Of a stretch of 64,000 nt of DNA, positions 17,404 to 25,639 are shown piece by piece. The DNA is from Candidatus Levyibacteriota bacterium. Its GTDB lineage: Bacteria > Patescibacteriota > Microgenomatia > Levybacterales > UBA12049. The DNA lies in NCBI GenBank assembly GCA_016199085.1, contig JACQHJ010000009.1, forward strand, positions 41,667-105,666, given 5' to 3'. The position numbers and the translations under genes are program-made. Numbering within the stretch: position 1 is the first letter of the stretch; every line of letters starts with the position of its first letter. The notes under the pieces were generated by a model. That model ran no database searches and had not been told where the DNA came from. It was given only the letters and a program-made list of their open reading frames with translations.

Positions 17404-20400
17404 TCAATTAGGCGAAACTACTGGCTGTTTTTCTGGATAGCGGTCTATCTCCCTAAGGCTTCCGTCCTCGTTAAAGACAAATACCCTGTTGGTAAGCGAC
17501 AATCCTGCGCTTTGCAAAGCTGTGTCTACGTTTGGATGAAGGTATACTTTAGCATCCTTGTTTTGGAAAGCAAACCAGACGGCGTCCGAAATACCAACGG
17601 GAAATACCCAAGCGTCACCAACCCTAAGCGGCACATCTACGAAATGAAATTGCACTTCTCCCTTAGACCAGTAATCCGTGTAGAGTGCGTCGATTGAGAT
17701 GAAAAATTTTCTTGCCTTCTCTCCTGCCCCGCTCCAGTCAAAGTATGACTGCTGGATTTGGATTATTTGGAAAAGGGAAAAAACAATTATAATAACCGAG
17801 ACAGCTAAAAGCGCAACTTGCCTGCCTTCTTTTAAGAGAAATTCATAAAGCTTGTTAAGTAGGAATACAAAGATCAAAATTAAACCTAAAGATGCCAAAT
17901 AACTGTATCTTGATGTGATATTGCCAAGACCAAGATAGGGTAAAAGGGAAATAACAAAAAAGAGTCCTCCAAAGACAACTATCTTTCCATCGTTACTATT
18001 AAAAATCTTAATTTTCTTTTTAAATCCGTAGACTAAGGCTGCTAAAGCTACAACTCCAAGTACCACCGGAATTGCCAGATTTGCCCTAAGCACTGCTCTG
18101 AGCGTCTCGTACAAAGGAAGCGCGCTTTGCCCAACTAAAACGAGTGAAACATAACCGAGTAGGTTTCCGGCGAAGTTGAAGGGAAGCATGACAAAATCAT
18201 AGCTATAATCTCCGCTTAGCCAATGACTTTGGGAGACAAAACGAAGTAAAAGATAAATTACAACCGGTACAAAAAGCAACAAATAATCTTTTCTTTTTAC
18301 AACTTCTCTTAAAAAGGACAAAATACCCTCCTTTGCTTTATAGGCAATTATTAGAAGCGGTATTACAATCCCCATCTCGTGAAACATTAGACCTAAAGAA
18401 AGAGAGATTACTGAAAGAATATACAGATACACTTTCTTTTTTTCATCCCACTGTATAAACAGTAGAAGCGATAAAAGAGCAAAAAAGGCTGTAAAAAGAT
18501 GGCCTACCGATGATATCCAAAAGACTGCTTCTGTATAGCCGCTTAAGATTAAAAATAAGAAGGCAGACAAAACAGCAAGTAATTTGCTTTTAAAGACTCT
18601 TTTTGAAAGAAGATAGAAAAGAAAAGAAACACCAAAATGAAGAAACAGTGAAACCGCATGATAGACGGCCTGATTTAACCAAAATACTGATTCCATAACG
18701 TAAAAATAGACTTTTGTTCCGGGCCTAAAGAAGAATCCGTTTGATTGAGTAAAGAAACTTATTATCCTATCAAGGGGAGAACAGTTATTTGTACAGTCAG
18801 CCGCCCACCTAAGCCACGTATAATCGTCTCCCACGAAAAAGTTTGCAAGCATTGGTGAAAATAATAAAACGGCAAATAAAAGAAGATAAACAGCAATAGC
18901 AATATTTGAAGTAGCAACTTTTTTAAGTTCGGCAAATAAATTAACAGATGTTTTTTGATATAACATTAAAATCGCAAGCGTTACGCCGACCAGCATCCAG
19001 AGCACAAAAGCAATCTTTGACGCCTCAAATACATCTATTAAGGTCGCATTTAGAAAAAGCCCTACAGCGCCCCCCACAAATCCCAATACAAAACTTTTCG
19101 CAAGAGGAGATTCAATATCGGCAAATCCTTTCTTTATGTAAATTGCCAGGGATGTAAAAATTGAGAAAAAGGCTATAAAACCAAGTAAACCAATTTCTCC
19201 TAATATTCTTAGGTAATTATTATCAACCGCCAAACTGACAGATCCATAACCACTTCCAATTAGTATGTTTCTGCCAAAGGCGGTAAGAGCCCTTGGCCAT
19301 TCACCCTGGAAACGCGTCGTAAATGAAAGATCATAGGCTGCCGCCCTTTTAACTACGAAATCCCCATGCAGTACAAGTACCTGCGCAGAAAAAGTCGCCT
19401 TAATATCCGGCGGAAGTTCATAATAAAAATTACCAAGTCTTCTTATAACAGGCGAGAGCGCAAGATTTATGTATCCTGTTCCCTGAGGAAGGCTTTCTCC
19501 GGTAGACACATTTGTAGCAAGTACCAGAGGAACTTCTTGCGGTATGAATTCAAAAGGAAGAAGCGCCGAAGCAGAGGACTTCAAAGTTTCCGCATTACCT
19601 GAAATTGCGCCTATTAGCTCTTCTTTGTCTTTGACTCTTTTTTGCAAAACTATTTTATCTTTAAAATAATCCTTTTGAACAAACCTCACGTGGCCAACGG
19701 AATCACCGGTTTTTGCATCAATCACAACATCCACTTCAGAGATGGTACTTTTGAATCGGTCTAAAAGAGACGGCTGGAATGTAATTACCAAAAGTGCAAA
19801 AACAAAAAGCAAAGGAACCGTTAAGAACACAAGTTTTTTCTTTTGAAAAAAGAGGACAATCAAAAGTGAGACGAAAAGCACAAAAAACGAAACTCTTGAG
19901 ACAGTCATATTAAGAAGAATTAATCCTAAAAAGGCAGTTGTTAAAAGGAATATTTTTATAATCCAGTTTTTGAATCCAAAGAAAAGGCTAACGACTATAG
20001 GAATAATTAAGACAAGATAGGCTGCCAGATCATAATGACCGGCAAACGTAGAAGAAACTCTTGAAAGAGAAGAAAGCGTAATGGGAATTCCTTTTGCAAA
20101 TTCTTCGTTCATTGTTAAGTACGCCGGAAGTCCCAGATATTTTTGGCCAAAACCATATCCGATTACAGAAAGTAACGTAAAGACTAAAACTGCAATAATT
20201 ATAGGAAGAAATCTTTTATCCTTCATTCCCTGATAAGCAATAAAAAACAAGCTCATGTATTCGATATGCCTAACCAAGGAGAGAAAGGCGACGTTGGGGA
20301 AGACATTGGCAATGGTTGGAAAAATAAGCAAAACTCCGTGCATTGTCGCTATTGCACCTATTATCCAAAACGTGATTATAGGAATCGTCAATGGAGTTTT

Positions 20401-20601
20401 TAGAGTGATCTTTTGCTTAAGTAACAGAAAAATCCAGGAAAGTAAAACAAAAAAGACGACAAAATCTTCTCCCCTTACGTATACCCAGGTATTTTTAATA
20501 TCAAGGATTGGAATTTTGGGAAAAAGGGGAATGAAGGCAATTAAAAATAATGTCTCCAAAAATAAAATATTATCCCAAATCCATGAAATTATTTTTTTCA
20601 T
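17404..20601 (-). CDS. Fusion protein: O-antigen ligase/polymerase-like (Wzy_C) domain plus GT-C (ArnT/PMT_2-like) glycosyltransferase domain
   Basis: 1065 aa; N-terminal half is polytopic with NNYLRILGEIGLLGFIAFFSIFTSLAIYI (Wzy_C / O-antigen ligase signature); second polytopic half starts with FVGDDYTWLRWA (acidic DD/DE first-loop motif of GT-C enzymes) and ends in a soluble domain. Confidence 0.55.
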   Translation of the reverse strand: MKKIISWIWDNILFLETLFLIAFIPLFPKIPILDIKNTWVYVRGEDFVVFFVLLSWIFLLLKQKITLKTPLTIPIITFWIIGAIATMHGVLLIFPTIANVFPNVAFLSLVRHIEYMSLFFIAYQGMKDKRFLPIIIAVLVFTLLSVIGYGFGQKYLGLPAYLTMNEEFAKGIPITLSSLSRVSSTFAGHYDLAAYLVLIIPIVVSLFFGFKNWIIKIFLLTTAFLGLILLNMTVSRVSFFVLFVSLLIVLFFQKKKLVFLTVPLLFVFALLVITFQPSLLDRFKSTISEVDVVIDAKTGDSVGHVRFVQKDYFKDKIVLQKRVKDKEELIGAISGNAETLKSSASALLPFEFIPQEVPLVLATNVSTGESLPQGTGYINLALSPVIRRLGNFYYELPPDIKATFSAQVLVLHGDFVVKRAAAYDLSFTTRFQGEWPRALTAFGRNILIGSGYGSVSLAVDNNYLRILGEIGLLGFIAFFSIFTSLAIYIKKGFADIESPLAKSFVLGFVGGAVGLFLNATLIDVFEASKIAFVLWMLVGVTLAILMLYQKTSVNLFAELKKVATSNIAIAVYLLLFAVLLFSPMLANFFVGDDYTWLRWAADCTNNCSPLDRIISFFTQSNGFFFRPGTKVYFYVMESVFWLNQAVYHAVSLFLHFGVSFLFYLLSKRVFKSKLLAVLSAFLFLILSGYTEAVFWISSVGHLFTAFFALLSLLLFIQWDEKKKVYLYILSVISLSLGLMFHEMGIVIPLLIIAYKAKEGILSFLREVVKRKDYLLLFVPVVIYLLLRFVSQSHWLSGDYSYDFVMLPFNFAGNLLGYVSLVLVGQSALPLYETLRAVLRANLAIPVVLGVVALAALVYGFKKKIKIFNSNDGKIVVFGGLFFVISLLPYLGLGNITSRYSYLASLGLILIFVFLLNKLYEFLLKEGRQVALLAVSVIIIVFSLFQIIQIQQSYFDWSGAGEKARKFFISIDALYTDYWSKGEVQFHFVDVPLRVGDAWVFPVGISDAVWFAFQNKDAKVYLHPNVDTALQSAGLSLTNRVFVFNEDGSLREIDRYPEKQPVVSPN

Positions 20602-20607
20602 AAGGCT

Positions 20608-21171
20608 CTACCTAAACCATGCTGCGCGACCTAATTTATATGTGGGGTTTTTGTTTGCCCTCTCCCCTATCTCCTTTGCAGGAACTCCTCCAACGATCTT
20701 AAATTCTTCAACGTCTTTTGTAACTACTGCTCCTGCTCCAACAACAGCACCTTTTTTAATTGTAACTCCGGGAAGTATTATTGCTCTTGGTCCGACAAAG
20801 ACGTAGTCTTCAATAACTACGGGTTTTTTAATAACGTTTTCTACTCCTGCAAAATTTTCTTCAGCCGTATCATGTTGTGAGTTATAAATCATGACCTCGC
20901 TTGCAATATCGACGTGATTCCCTATTATCAATTTATCTCTTCCGTCTAAAACCGCATTTTCGCCGATTATTGAATCGCTTCCAATTGAAATATTGGGAGG
21001 GTAATAAAATACAGCTCCCATGTGAATTGTCGAGCCGCTTCCAATTTTAATTCCCCACAATCTGTAAAAAAATCGTCTTATGTGATGCGACGGGATGTAA
21101 CCGGCCAATCTAAGCTTTGCGACAACAAATTCCCAAAAAACTGTTTTTAGCCTTCTATAAATTCTTTTCAT
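20608..21171 (-). CDS. Hexapeptide-repeat (left-handed beta-helix) sugar O-acetyltransferase
   Basis: 187 aa; repeated [LIV]-G-x-x-x-x hexapeptides (IGSDSIIGENAVLDGRDKLIIGNHVDIASEV...IEDYVFVGPRAIILPGVTIKKGAVVGAGAVV), WbbJ/WcaF/maltose acetyltransferase-like. Confidence 0.75.
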   Translation of the reverse strand: MKRIYRRLKTVFWEFVVAKLRLAGYIPSHHIRRFFYRLWGIKIGSGSTIHMGAVFYYPPNISIGSDSIIGENAVLDGRDKLIIGNHVDIASEVMIYNSQHDTAEENFAGVENVIKKPVVIEDYVFVGPRAIILPGVTIKKGAVVGAGAVVTKDVEEFKIVGGVPAKEIGERANKNPTYKLGRAAWFR

Positions 21172-22277
21172 TTATTACTTGCCAATTCTTCTAAAACCTT
21201 AAGTGTTTCTTTGGCTGTTTTCTCCCAGGAAAACTTCTTTATTTGATTATAGCCTTTTTCTATCATCTCTTGCCTAAGACTTGGGTTCTTTATTACTTTT
21301 TCAATTTTTTCCTTGATGTCATCACTATTGTTAGGGTCAAAATAGATTGCCGCGTCTCCCCCTGCTTCGGGAAGGCTTGAGACGTTACTTGTCAGTACCG
21401 GACATCCGTGCTTCATTGCTTCCAAAACCGGCAAACCAAATCCTTCATATAATGAAGGCAAAACAAAACAGAGAGCGTTTTTGTAAAGTGAGGGAAGATC
21501 GTCATCTTCAACAAAATCTAGGAATTTAACTCTTTCTCCAACACCAAGTCTGCCAGGCGCAGATAATATATCTTCGTAAAGCCATCCTTTTTTACCGACA
21601 ACAACGAGTATTAAATTCTCCTTCTCAATTTTAGAAAACGCTTCTATAAGCTTTACGATGTTTTTTCTAGGCTGCAGAGTTCCTACAAAAAGGATATAGT
21701 TTTTATCAATTCCGAATTTTTTCCTTAAATCATCCATTGATAATATTCTAACACTAGTTGGCTTTTTTATTCCAGGATAAGTAACAACTATTTTTCCCTC
21801 GTCAACGCCGTATACATCGATTATATCACTCTTACTAAACTGGCTAATCGTAAAAATTTTGCTTGCATTTTTAACAGAATATTTCGTCCAATTAGTAAGC
21901 TGGTAGAGATCTTTTTTGGCAAAAAGGATTGGGAAATGAATAAATGAAAGGTCCATTATCGAAATTACTGTTGGTATTGGAGAAAACCTTGGTGCGTAAT
22001 GAGTCGGAGTGAAAAATATATCAGGTCGCTTGCCTAGAAAAAGGTTTAAAGGAAGACCAAATTGAGTCCACATTTTCTTTGGACCAACTGTGCGATACCT
22101 GAGGTTTGAGTTTGGGGGAGGCATTTCACTTCGTGGGTTTTCTTTTAAGAATATTTCAAATTTAACTTTTCGCTCATCTTGAATTTTAGCAAACTCCAAT
22201 AAAAGTTCGTATGCGTATTCACCTATTCCCACCTTTTTTTCTACATTTGCTTCATTTCCGTCAATTCCTATTACCAT
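21168..22277 (-). CDS. Glycosyltransferase family 4
   Basis: 369 aa; MVIGIDGNEANVEKKVGIGEY N-terminus; C-terminal EGFGLPVLEAMKHGCPVL E-x7-E motif. Confidence 0.75.
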   Translation of the reverse strand: MVIGIDGNEANVEKKVGIGEYAYELLLEFAKIQDERKVKFEIFLKENPRSEMPPPNSNLRYRTVGPKKMWTQFGLPLNLFLGKRPDIFFTPTHYAPRFSPIPTVISIMDLSFIHFPILFAKKDLYQLTNWTKYSVKNASKIFTISQFSKSDIIDVYGVDEGKIVVTYPGIKKPTSVRILSMDDLRKKFGIDKNYILFVGTLQPRKNIVKLIEAFSKIEKENLILVVVGKKGWLYEDILSAPGRLGVGERVKFLDFVEDDDLPSLYKNALCFVLPSLYEGFGLPVLEAMKHGCPVLTSNVSSLPEAGGDAAIYFDPNNSDDIKEKIEKVIKNPSLRQEMIEKGYNQIKKFSWEKTAKETLKVLEELASNK

Positions 22278-22281
22278 ATTT

Positions 22282-23256
22282 TTATTTTATCCTATACATT
22301 GCCCCTCTGGTAGTTCCAAGTTTTATTATATATCCTTCTTTTTCAAGTTTTTTTAAATCATATCTAATCATACGACTTGAGACCTTATAAAATCTTCTGC
22401 TAATAAAATCCAGGGAAACAACTTCATGATCCCTTATAATATCTAGTATCTCTTTTCTTCTCGGAAGTAGCAAATCTTCCCTTTTGTATTCCTTAACGCT
22501 TAACTCTTCTAAGGTTTTTTGAATCTGGGCCTCAAGTAATTCAAGCATGAATTCAATAAATGAAGTTGTGTCACTCTTATCCAAATAGGCGTAGTACTCT
22601 TCTTTTCTTTCATTGAGAATTTCCTCTATGGAAATAAGACCGTTAAATGAATATCCGCTTTTAAGTAAAATTGCCTGGAGTAAAAGCCTACCAACTCTTC
22701 CATTTCCATCTAAGAAAGGATGAATTTTCTCAAAAGAAATGTGGGATGCAAATGCTTTAATAAGAGCATTCTCGCTGTCTTTTTGATTAATGTAGACAAT
22801 CAATTGCAAAAGTAACTCGGAAAGTTTTGATGGAGGAGGAGGAATATATACCGGAAAACCTGATTGGTTATATATGGCACTAGGCTCCCTTCTTGTCATG
22901 CCTAAACTATCAGTTAGGCTTTTCATAACAATTCTATGGAGATCTAGGATAAAATCTATATCAATATTGTCTTTTTTTCCCTGGATAAAGGAAAAAGCGG
23001 ATAAAATATTCTCAATCTCAATCCTTTCTCTAAACTTCGGATTAAACCTGTTCAAATTATCTATATCAGACAGTTCAAGACTATTACCTTCTATTTTTGC
23101 GGAAAACAATGAACTCTTTAAAAGGGATTTTCTCTGTAGGTTAACTCTTAAGTTTTCGGGGATTTGTATTTTCTCAAGAGCTGCTCTTTTAACTTCAATG
23201 CTGGCTATGAGCCTTAGTATATCCTGAGTTAAGTCATACTTAAGTGGAATTTCCAT
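22282..23256 (-). CDS. Class II Fic family protein (putative AMPylator) with C-terminal winged-helix DNA-binding domain
   Basis: 324 aa; canonical Fic motif HPFLDGNGRVGR (HxFx[DE]GNGRxxR); upstream inhibitory-helix motif SAKIEG ([ST]xxxE[GN]); C-terminal ...RMIRYDLKKLEKEGYIIKLGTTRGAMYRIK looks like a wHTH. Confidence 0.85.
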   Translation of the reverse strand: MEIPLKYDLTQDILRLIASIEVKRAALEKIQIPENLRVNLQRKSLLKSSLFSAKIEGNSLELSDIDNLNRFNPKFRERIEIENILSAFSFIQGKKDNIDIDFILDLHRIVMKSLTDSLGMTRREPSAIYNQSGFPVYIPPPPSKLSELLLQLIVYINQKDSENALIKAFASHISFEKIHPFLDGNGRVGRLLLQAILLKSGYSFNGLISIEEILNERKEEYYAYLDKSDTTSFIEFMLELLEAQIQKTLEELSVKEYKREDLLLPRRKEILDIIRDHEVVSLDFISRRFYKVSSRMIRYDLKKLEKEGYIIKLGTTRGAMYRIK

Positions 23257-23300
23257 ATCTTACCAAATATTACCAGATATTTCCGAATATTTCCAGATTA
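23251..23300 (+). repeat. Five tandem 10-bp units (consensus T[TA]CC[AG]NATAT) spanning the Fic start codon and 5' region
   Basis: ttccatatct / taccaaatat / taccagatat / ttccgaatat / ttccagatta read directly from 23251-23300; one-helical-turn periodicity. Confidence 0.5.
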
Positions 23301-23315
23301 AGCATATTGAGGCTA

Positions 23316-23879
23316 TTATACTCCTACGTTTATCACTTCGAGTTTTTTCTCATTAATACCCAGTATTTCAATTGCATCTTTTTTAGTAGCTTCCGAAATA
23401 CAAAGTATTCTATCCGTTTCTTTTCTTACCCACTTTAGTTTTCTCTTTTGCGATGAAACGATATTTGGAGAAATAATGAACCTAAAAGGATTAAAGCTCG
23501 TTTGATTATGAGATTCTTCGGGATACTTATACACTATTAAATCATAAAGTATTGTTACCTTTTTGGCATGTTTAGTTGGAGGCTCTGTCCAATCCGAAGA
23601 AATATATATATCTACGTTTCCAATAAAATTTTCAATTGGAAATACGTGCAACCTATTCCACATAATATCCAAGATGGTTGGGGGAATTTTAAATTTCTTA
23701 ATTGATACGTTTGGATTTTCTATATTTAACTCTGGGAGTTTGCCCCTTAGTGAGGAGTAAAAAAGAATATACTGATTCTTTTTATCAATTTCAAATAGAT
23801 AGGAAAGCAAACTTTTTAAATAATTAGAAACTCCTGTGTTTTTGTAAGTTAGTTGAGAAATATCAATTCCTATTATCAT
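23316..23879 (-). pseudogene. Truncated GT4 glycosyltransferase (N-terminal half only; C-terminal E-x7-E Rossmann domain missing)
   Basis: 187 aa; MIIGIDISQLTYKNTGVSNY matches the N-terminus of the two intact paralogs at 13232..14353 and 21168..22277 (MxIGIDG...TG[IV]G.Y), but the ORF stops at ...KLEVINVGV where those continue for about 180 more residues; the Fic gene starts 60 nt downstream. Confidence 0.55.
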
Positions 23880-23899
23880 GCGCTTTAATTATATTAGTT

Positions 23900-23928
23900 T
23901 GATAAAGCTATATCAATTAGGTATAATT
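23900..23928 (+). promoter_or_regulatory. Near-consensus sigma70 promoter TTGATA-17-TATAAT, predicted to give a leaderless mRNA for the 23936 ORF
   Basis: TTGATA at 23900-23905, 17-bp spacer, TATAAT at 23923-23928; the ATG at 23936 is 8 nt after the -10 and has no Shine-Dalgarno sequence. Confidence 0.55.
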
Positions 23929-23935
23929 CGAGCTT

Positions 23936-24886
23936 ATGAATATTAGAGAAAGAAGCACAGGGAGCGAAGGAGGCGTGGCTACGCCACGAATCGATGTAGA
24001 TGCTTTCATCGCAAAGTACGGGGTAGATAACGAATTAACTAGGGAAGTTTTACATGAATTTCCCACATTATGTTATTTATTGGGAAATACAACTGATACA
24101 CCTCAAGCCATGGACTCAAGACCAGACGGAGTTGCGAGGCGTATATTTTTCCTTACAGAAGGCTCTGGCATGTTCGGCCTTAGTCAACCTGAGGACGCAA
24201 TGAGATGGAGAGGAATTTTTAATCATGTTATGGGAACAACCCGTCAAGTTTACTATTTAGGCCAAAGACTGATGGAAATTGGCGAAGGCGGTAGAGCTGA
24301 ACTTGGTAGTCATGGTTTCGATGCTGGAACTTTTGATGAGATAGATCCTGAACTTATGCGAAGATTCTTCCTTGTTTCTCACGCAGGGCGAAGAAGAGCT
24401 GATGAGCGTGCATGGCATGGTCTTAATGACGGTGTACACATAGAAGATGATATTGGAGAAGCCTCACTTGAATTCTTAACATCCCAAGACGCAGAACAGG
24501 GAATTATCGATTTGATGAGGGTTGAAGCTCACTCAGATCTTCTTGATACCGCTATGACCTTAGGATATTTCCCAAACATTGTAGATAACGTTCTTACCTA
24601 TACCGATTGGACATATGGTCAACGACCTCAAACACTACAGTCTCGATTTGAAGGATTACGAAAAAGCCAAAGACAGCCAGTAGAAGTATTGGATGCACTT
24701 GAGAGAGCGGGAAATCACTTTGAACAGGCTATCGTTTCCGTTTTGGGAATAGATACGCCTACAAGAATGGCGAATGCCTCTTATGATTGGGAGGAAAGAA
24801 TTAGAAGAGCTTATTGTGCCCCCTCAGGCATTTCTATTGCCCACGCATTCCCTGATTATAGCGCTCAGTTTGGAATTACAGCTTAA
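23936..24886 (+). CDS. Hypothetical protein with N-terminal nucleotidyltransferase-like GS-x9-DxD signature
   Basis: 316 aa; residues 9-22 GSEGGVATPRIDVD fit the Pol-beta-superfamily NTase pattern hG[GS]-x9-13-Dh[DE]h, but no hydrophobic strand precedes it; GC about 43-52% versus about 28-32% in flanking glycan genes; driven by the canonical promoter above. Confidence 0.45.
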   Translation: MNIRERSTGSEGGVATPRIDVDAFIAKYGVDNELTREVLHEFPTLCYLLGNTTDTPQAMDSRPDGVARRIFFLTEGSGMFGLSQPEDAMRWRGIFNHVMGTTRQVYYLGQRLMEIGEGGRAELGSHGFDAGTFDEIDPELMRRFFLVSHAGRRRADERAWHGLNDGVHIEDDIGEASLEFLTSQDAEQGIIDLMRVEAHSDLLDTAMTLGYFPNIVDNVLTYTDWTYGQRPQTLQSRFEGLRKSQRQPVEVLDALERAGNHFEQAIVSVLGIDTPTRMANASYDWEERIRRAYCAPSGISIAHAFPDYSAQFGITA

Positions 24887-24891
24887 TCTAC

Positions 24892-25539
24892 CTATCTTCC
24901 TACAGGGAAAGTAAACAGAGGCTTTGGACAAGTACCATATGGCGCAAATGGAGCTAAGGCTATTGCACTAGGGCTAAATTGAATGGGTTCTTGCGGCAGG
25001 ATCTCTATTGCTTCCCTTGCTAGTTTACGATCTTGCAAATAACCTAGTGTGACGTGTGGAGTATAGTCCTCTCCTACAAAAATCTGACCCCATCTTCTAA
25101 CGTTTGCCTTTAATCGTGGACTAAGTCCCCTTAGTCTTGCCACAACGTCACTTACGTGTCCTTCTCTTTGCTCATTTAGTGCTGCAAATACCGTATCGTG
25201 TAAATTTTGGATTGCCCTATCTTTTACCACATTAAAGAAAAGAAATCCCGAAAATTCTGAATATCCTTCCAGGATAACATCCATTCCTTCTAGGGATCCT
25301 GCAATATTTCTTACTGTTTCCTCAACCTTATCTTGGTTTCGTAAGGGATATCTTGCGGGGTATAAAGATAAATGAGGAAGATGGAATTCTCTATCTAAAG
25401 TAAAAGCGGTTGGGAAATGTTTTCCCAATAACGTACTTAGGGCAATAAGCTTATCTGTCGTCACTTCATCGGGAAGTAAAACAACGTTAAGATCAACAGT
25501 TGGCTCTTTTCCTTCCTTTTCTCTATCTTTTGTGCTCAT
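24892..25539 (-). CDS. 2H phosphoesterase superfamily protein (LigT / 2'-5' RNA ligase / cyclic phosphodiesterase-like)
   Basis: 215 aa; two H-x-[ST]-x-hydrophobic motifs (HLPHLSLY and HVTLGYL) spaced about 110 residues apart as in LigT/ThpR-type enzymes; convergent with the previous ORF, 5-nt gap. Confidence 0.55.
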   Translation of the reverse strand: MSTKDREKEGKEPTVDLNVVLLPDEVTTDKLIALSTLLGKHFPTAFTLDREFHLPHLSLYPARYPLRNQDKVEETVRNIAGSLEGMDVILEGYSEFSGFLFFNVVKDRAIQNLHDTVFAALNEQREGHVSDVVARLRGLSPRLKANVRRWGQIFVGEDYTPHVTLGYLQDRKLAREAIEILPQEPIQFSPSAIALAPFAPYGTCPKPLFTFPVGR

Positions 25540-25639
25540 AATTAAAAAGTTCTTGTATTCTTATATAACTCATCATTTTTGTTGGCTTCAGAAAGGGATT
25601 CTATCAACAAATTAGACTTGAATGCAAGTAAGATAATGA

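Noticed and set aside
23936-24886. HD-domain phosphohydrolase assignment for the 316-aa ORF
   Set aside because: Several His residues occur (FNHV, SHAGRR, AWHG), but there is no HD dipeptide in the expected H...HD...D arrangement.
23936-25539. Interpreting the higher GC of these two genes as proof of recent horizontal transfer
   Set aside because: Hand counts give about 43-52% GC here, but housekeeping genes at 1.9-8 kb are also about 40-45%. The very low GC is specific to membrane and glycan genes. Composition therefore supports 'different from neighbours' but not 'foreign' by itself.
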